Below, piece after piece: positions 37,116 through 38,963 of a DNA stretch of 38,963 bases. The DNA is from an uncultured Clostridia bacterium (GTDB lineage: Bacteria; Bacillota; Clostridia; Tissierellales; Sedimentibacteraceae): positions 1 to 38,963 of the forward strand of contig CAZAYQ010000001.1 in NCBI GenBank assembly GCA_964489345.1, written 5' to 3'. Numbering within the stretch: position 1 is the stretch's first letter; the number at the start of each line of letters is the position of its first letter. A model generated the notes under the pieces. That model searched no databases and was not told the origin of the DNA. It saw nothing but the letters and a program-made list of their open reading frames with translations. A program made the position numbers and the translations under genes.

Positions 37116-37460
37116 TTAATACTTTCTTAATTCTTTAACTTTAGTTGCTTTACCTGTTCTTTCTCTCAAGTAGAACAAACGGGCACGTCTTACTTTACCT
37201 CTTCTTACTACTTCAATTTTTTCAATTTTTGGTGAATGAACAGGGAATGTTCTTTCAACTCCCACTCCGTAGGAAATTTTTCTTACAGTGAAAGTTGCTC
37301 TGTTGCTTTCGCCTTGGATTTTTATTACGATACCTTCAAATACCTGAATTCTTTCTCTGTTTCCTTCTTTGATTCTTACATGTACCTTTATAGTATCTCC
37401 GACATTAAAAGCTGTAACGCTTCTAATTTGTTCGTTTTCTATTGATTTTATCAAGTCCAT
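37116..37460 (-). CDS. rplS: 50S ribosomal protein L19
   Basis: [32 protein letters not shown] and [10 protein letters not shown]. Confidence 0.99.
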   Translation of the reverse strand: MDLIKSIENEQIRSVTAFNVGDTIKVHVRIKEGNRERIQVFEGIVIKIQGESNRATFTVRKISYGVGVERTFPVHSPKIEKIEVVRRGKVRRARLFYLRERTGKATKVKELRKY

Positions 37461-37483
37461 TATTCGTATACCTCCCTTCGCCT

Positions 37484-37518
37484 TAGCGTTCTTGTTACTT
37501 GTACAGAGGACCGCCGTA
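37484..37518 (-). ncRNA. L19 leader (ribosomal protein autoregulatory leader)
   Basis: Minus strand GGCGGTCCTCTGTAC...CAAGAACGCT directly upstream of the rplS RBS resembles the Firmicute L19 leader. Confidence 0.75.
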
Positions 37519-37529
37519 TACTCTTAAGC

Positions 37530-37559
37530 ATTATAGCACATCAATCATAATGCATACAA
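37530..37559 (-). promoter_or_regulatory. rplS promoter
   Basis: TTGTAT-18 nt-TATAAT with an extended -10 TG. Confidence 0.65.
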
Positions 37560-37562
37560 GAT

Positions 37563-38279
37563 TTATTTATATTTCTTTGATAATGCCTTGTATTTTTCTT
37601 TTATACTTTTGTCCTTTATCATATCGGGACGTCTTTTCAAAGTTATTTCTATAGCTTTAAAGAGCCGCCATTCTTCAATGTTTTTGTGGTGTCCTGACAG
37701 TAATATTTCAGGCACATCTAATCCCATGTAGGATTCCGGCCTTGTGTACTGAGGATATTCAAGCAAATTTTCACTGTGTGATTCTTCCTTGGAGGACTCC
37801 TCCGAGCCCAGGACTCCGGGAAGAAGCCTTGCTACTGCATCAACAATTAATAATGCAGGCAGCTCACCGTTTGTTAAAACATAGTCTCCCACAGATATTT
37901 CTTCATCAACATATTTGTCGATAATTCTTTGATCTATGCCTTCATAATGTCCCGGAATAAGTATTATGTGGTCTTTAACCGACAGGTCCCCAGCTTTATT
38001 TTGATCAAATAAAGAGCCTTTTGGTGATAAATAAACAATATATGAATTATATCCCTTAATAGCATCTAAAGCTTTAAACATGGGTTCCGGTCTCAAAAGC
38101 ATGCCGGGGCCTCCCCCATAAGGATAATCATCCACTTTTTTATGTTTGTCTTCGGAATAATCTCTTAAATTTATATATTCCAGGTCAAACAATTTGTTTT
38201 CAACAGCCCTGCCTATAATTCCGTTTTTTTTATAAAGATCAATTAAGTCCGGAAATAAAGTTATTATCTCAAATTTCAT
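37563..38279 (-). CDS. trmD: tRNA (guanine37-N1)-methyltransferase
   Basis: VDDYPYGGGPGM, YLSPKG, GHYEGIDQR and LLEYPQYTRP. Confidence 0.98.
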   Translation of the reverse strand: MKFEIITLFPDLIDLYKKNGIIGRAVENKLFDLEYINLRDYSEDKHKKVDDYPYGGGPGMLLRPEPMFKALDAIKGYNSYIVYLSPKGSLFDQNKAGDLSVKDHIILIPGHYEGIDQRIIDKYVDEEISVGDYVLTNGELPALLIVDAVARLLPGVLGSEESSKEESHSENLLEYPQYTRPESYMGLDVPEILLSGHHKNIEEWRLFKAIEITLKRRPDMIKDKSIKEKYKALSKKYK

Positions 38280-38776
38280 TCCAACAACCCTTCAATAACA
38301 TCAATTATCATTTTCTTATCCTGAACATTGACAGATTTCACAACATCCTTGATTGCAGGTATTAAAAATGAGCCTTTCTTGTTTTTTACTTCATATACAT
38401 CGTTGGCTCCGGTTTGATAGATTTCTGAAATTTTTCCCAGATATTCACCGCTGCTTGAATATACATCCATCCCATCCAAATCAAATAAATAATATGAATC
38501 GTCGGGAAGTTTTCCCAACTGGTCTTCCGGTATAGAAATATAAGTGTCCTTGAATCCTTCTGCTGATTCCATATCGTTGATATCCTCAAGCTTTAGATAA
38601 ACCATCCCTTTTTGATACCATACATGCCGGACTTTACGTTTCATGCTGTCTTTTTCCGTATAGACATATTCAAGCTCTTCAAATCTTTCAGGCTCATCAG
38701 TCATGGGTATGCATTTTACATAACCTTTGACGCCATGAGTATTTATAATTTTGCCAACTTTAATATAATCCTTCAT
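38276..38776 (-). CDS. rimM: Ribosome maturation factor RimM
   Basis: VGKIINTHGVKG, TGANDVY and LIPAI; canonical position. Confidence 0.97.
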   Translation of the reverse strand: MKDYIKVGKIINTHGVKGYVKCIPMTDEPERFEELEYVYTEKDSMKRKVRHVWYQKGMVYLKLEDINDMESAEGFKDTYISIPEDQLGKLPDDSYYLFDLDGMDVYSSSGEYLGKISEIYQTGANDVYEVKNKKGSFLIPAIKDVVKSVNVQDKKMIIDVIEGLLE

Positions 38777-38790
38777 TTCTGCCTCTAAGC

Positions 38791-38963
38791 TTATTGAATT
38801 ATTTCAACTATAACTCTTTTATTATCTTTAGTGGCAGCTGCTTTAACAACAGTTCTTATTGCTTTTGCTATTCTACCTTGCTTTCCGATTACTTTACCCA
38901 TGTCTTCCGGAGCTACTTTTAATTCAATTATCAGTGATTGACTGCCTTCAACTTCATTGACTT
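38791..38963 (-). CDS. khpA: KH-domain RNA-binding protein KhpA/YlqC, 3' part
   Basis: Not in the ORF track. Minus strand reads ...ELKVAPEDMGKVIGKQGRIAKAIRTVVKAAATKDNKRVIVEIIQ-stop, upstream of rimM. Confidence 0.95.
   Translation of the reverse strand, partial: VNEVEGSQSLIIELKVAPEDMGKVIGKQGRIAKAIRTVVKAAATKDNKRVIVEIIQ

Overview
AT-rich chromosomal window from an anaerobic Firmicute (Clostridia/Tissierellia-like; inferred from gene content and order). No phage, transposase, CRISPR array, rRNA or tRNA was recognised. Left to right: partial DUF853/HerA-like ATPase; a deoC plus BMP-type nucleoside ABC operon; addAB; a DUF3298/DUF4163 gene; a remnant of an NAD(P)H-hydrate dehydratase gene; a nitroreductase; a SAM-I riboswitch controlling a split B12-dependent methionine synthase; a divergent selenium cluster (yedE-like, TusA/YedF, DUF3343 | SufS-type class V aminotransferase, LysR, selD); MORN lipoprotein, MFS, stand-alone B3/4 protein, stand-alone E2-like domain, MATE, DUF2812 and a PLP aminotransferase; a DUF2975-HTH-DUF4153 operon with three small membrane genes; a ferritin-like gene; and the khpA-rimM-trmD-rplS-rbgA-rnhB block. 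Main signals: (1) selD has an in-frame UGA at its catalytic position with a SECIS-like hairpin, missed by the ORF track; (2) an unnamed intergenic hairpin occurs twice, 33 kb apart, with conserved ends, co-varying stems and the same architecture; (3) the selenium cluster carries helically phased candidate LysR boxes; (4) the lone E2-like domain has Glu in place of its catalytic His. Family calls come from motif recognition by eye, not database searches.
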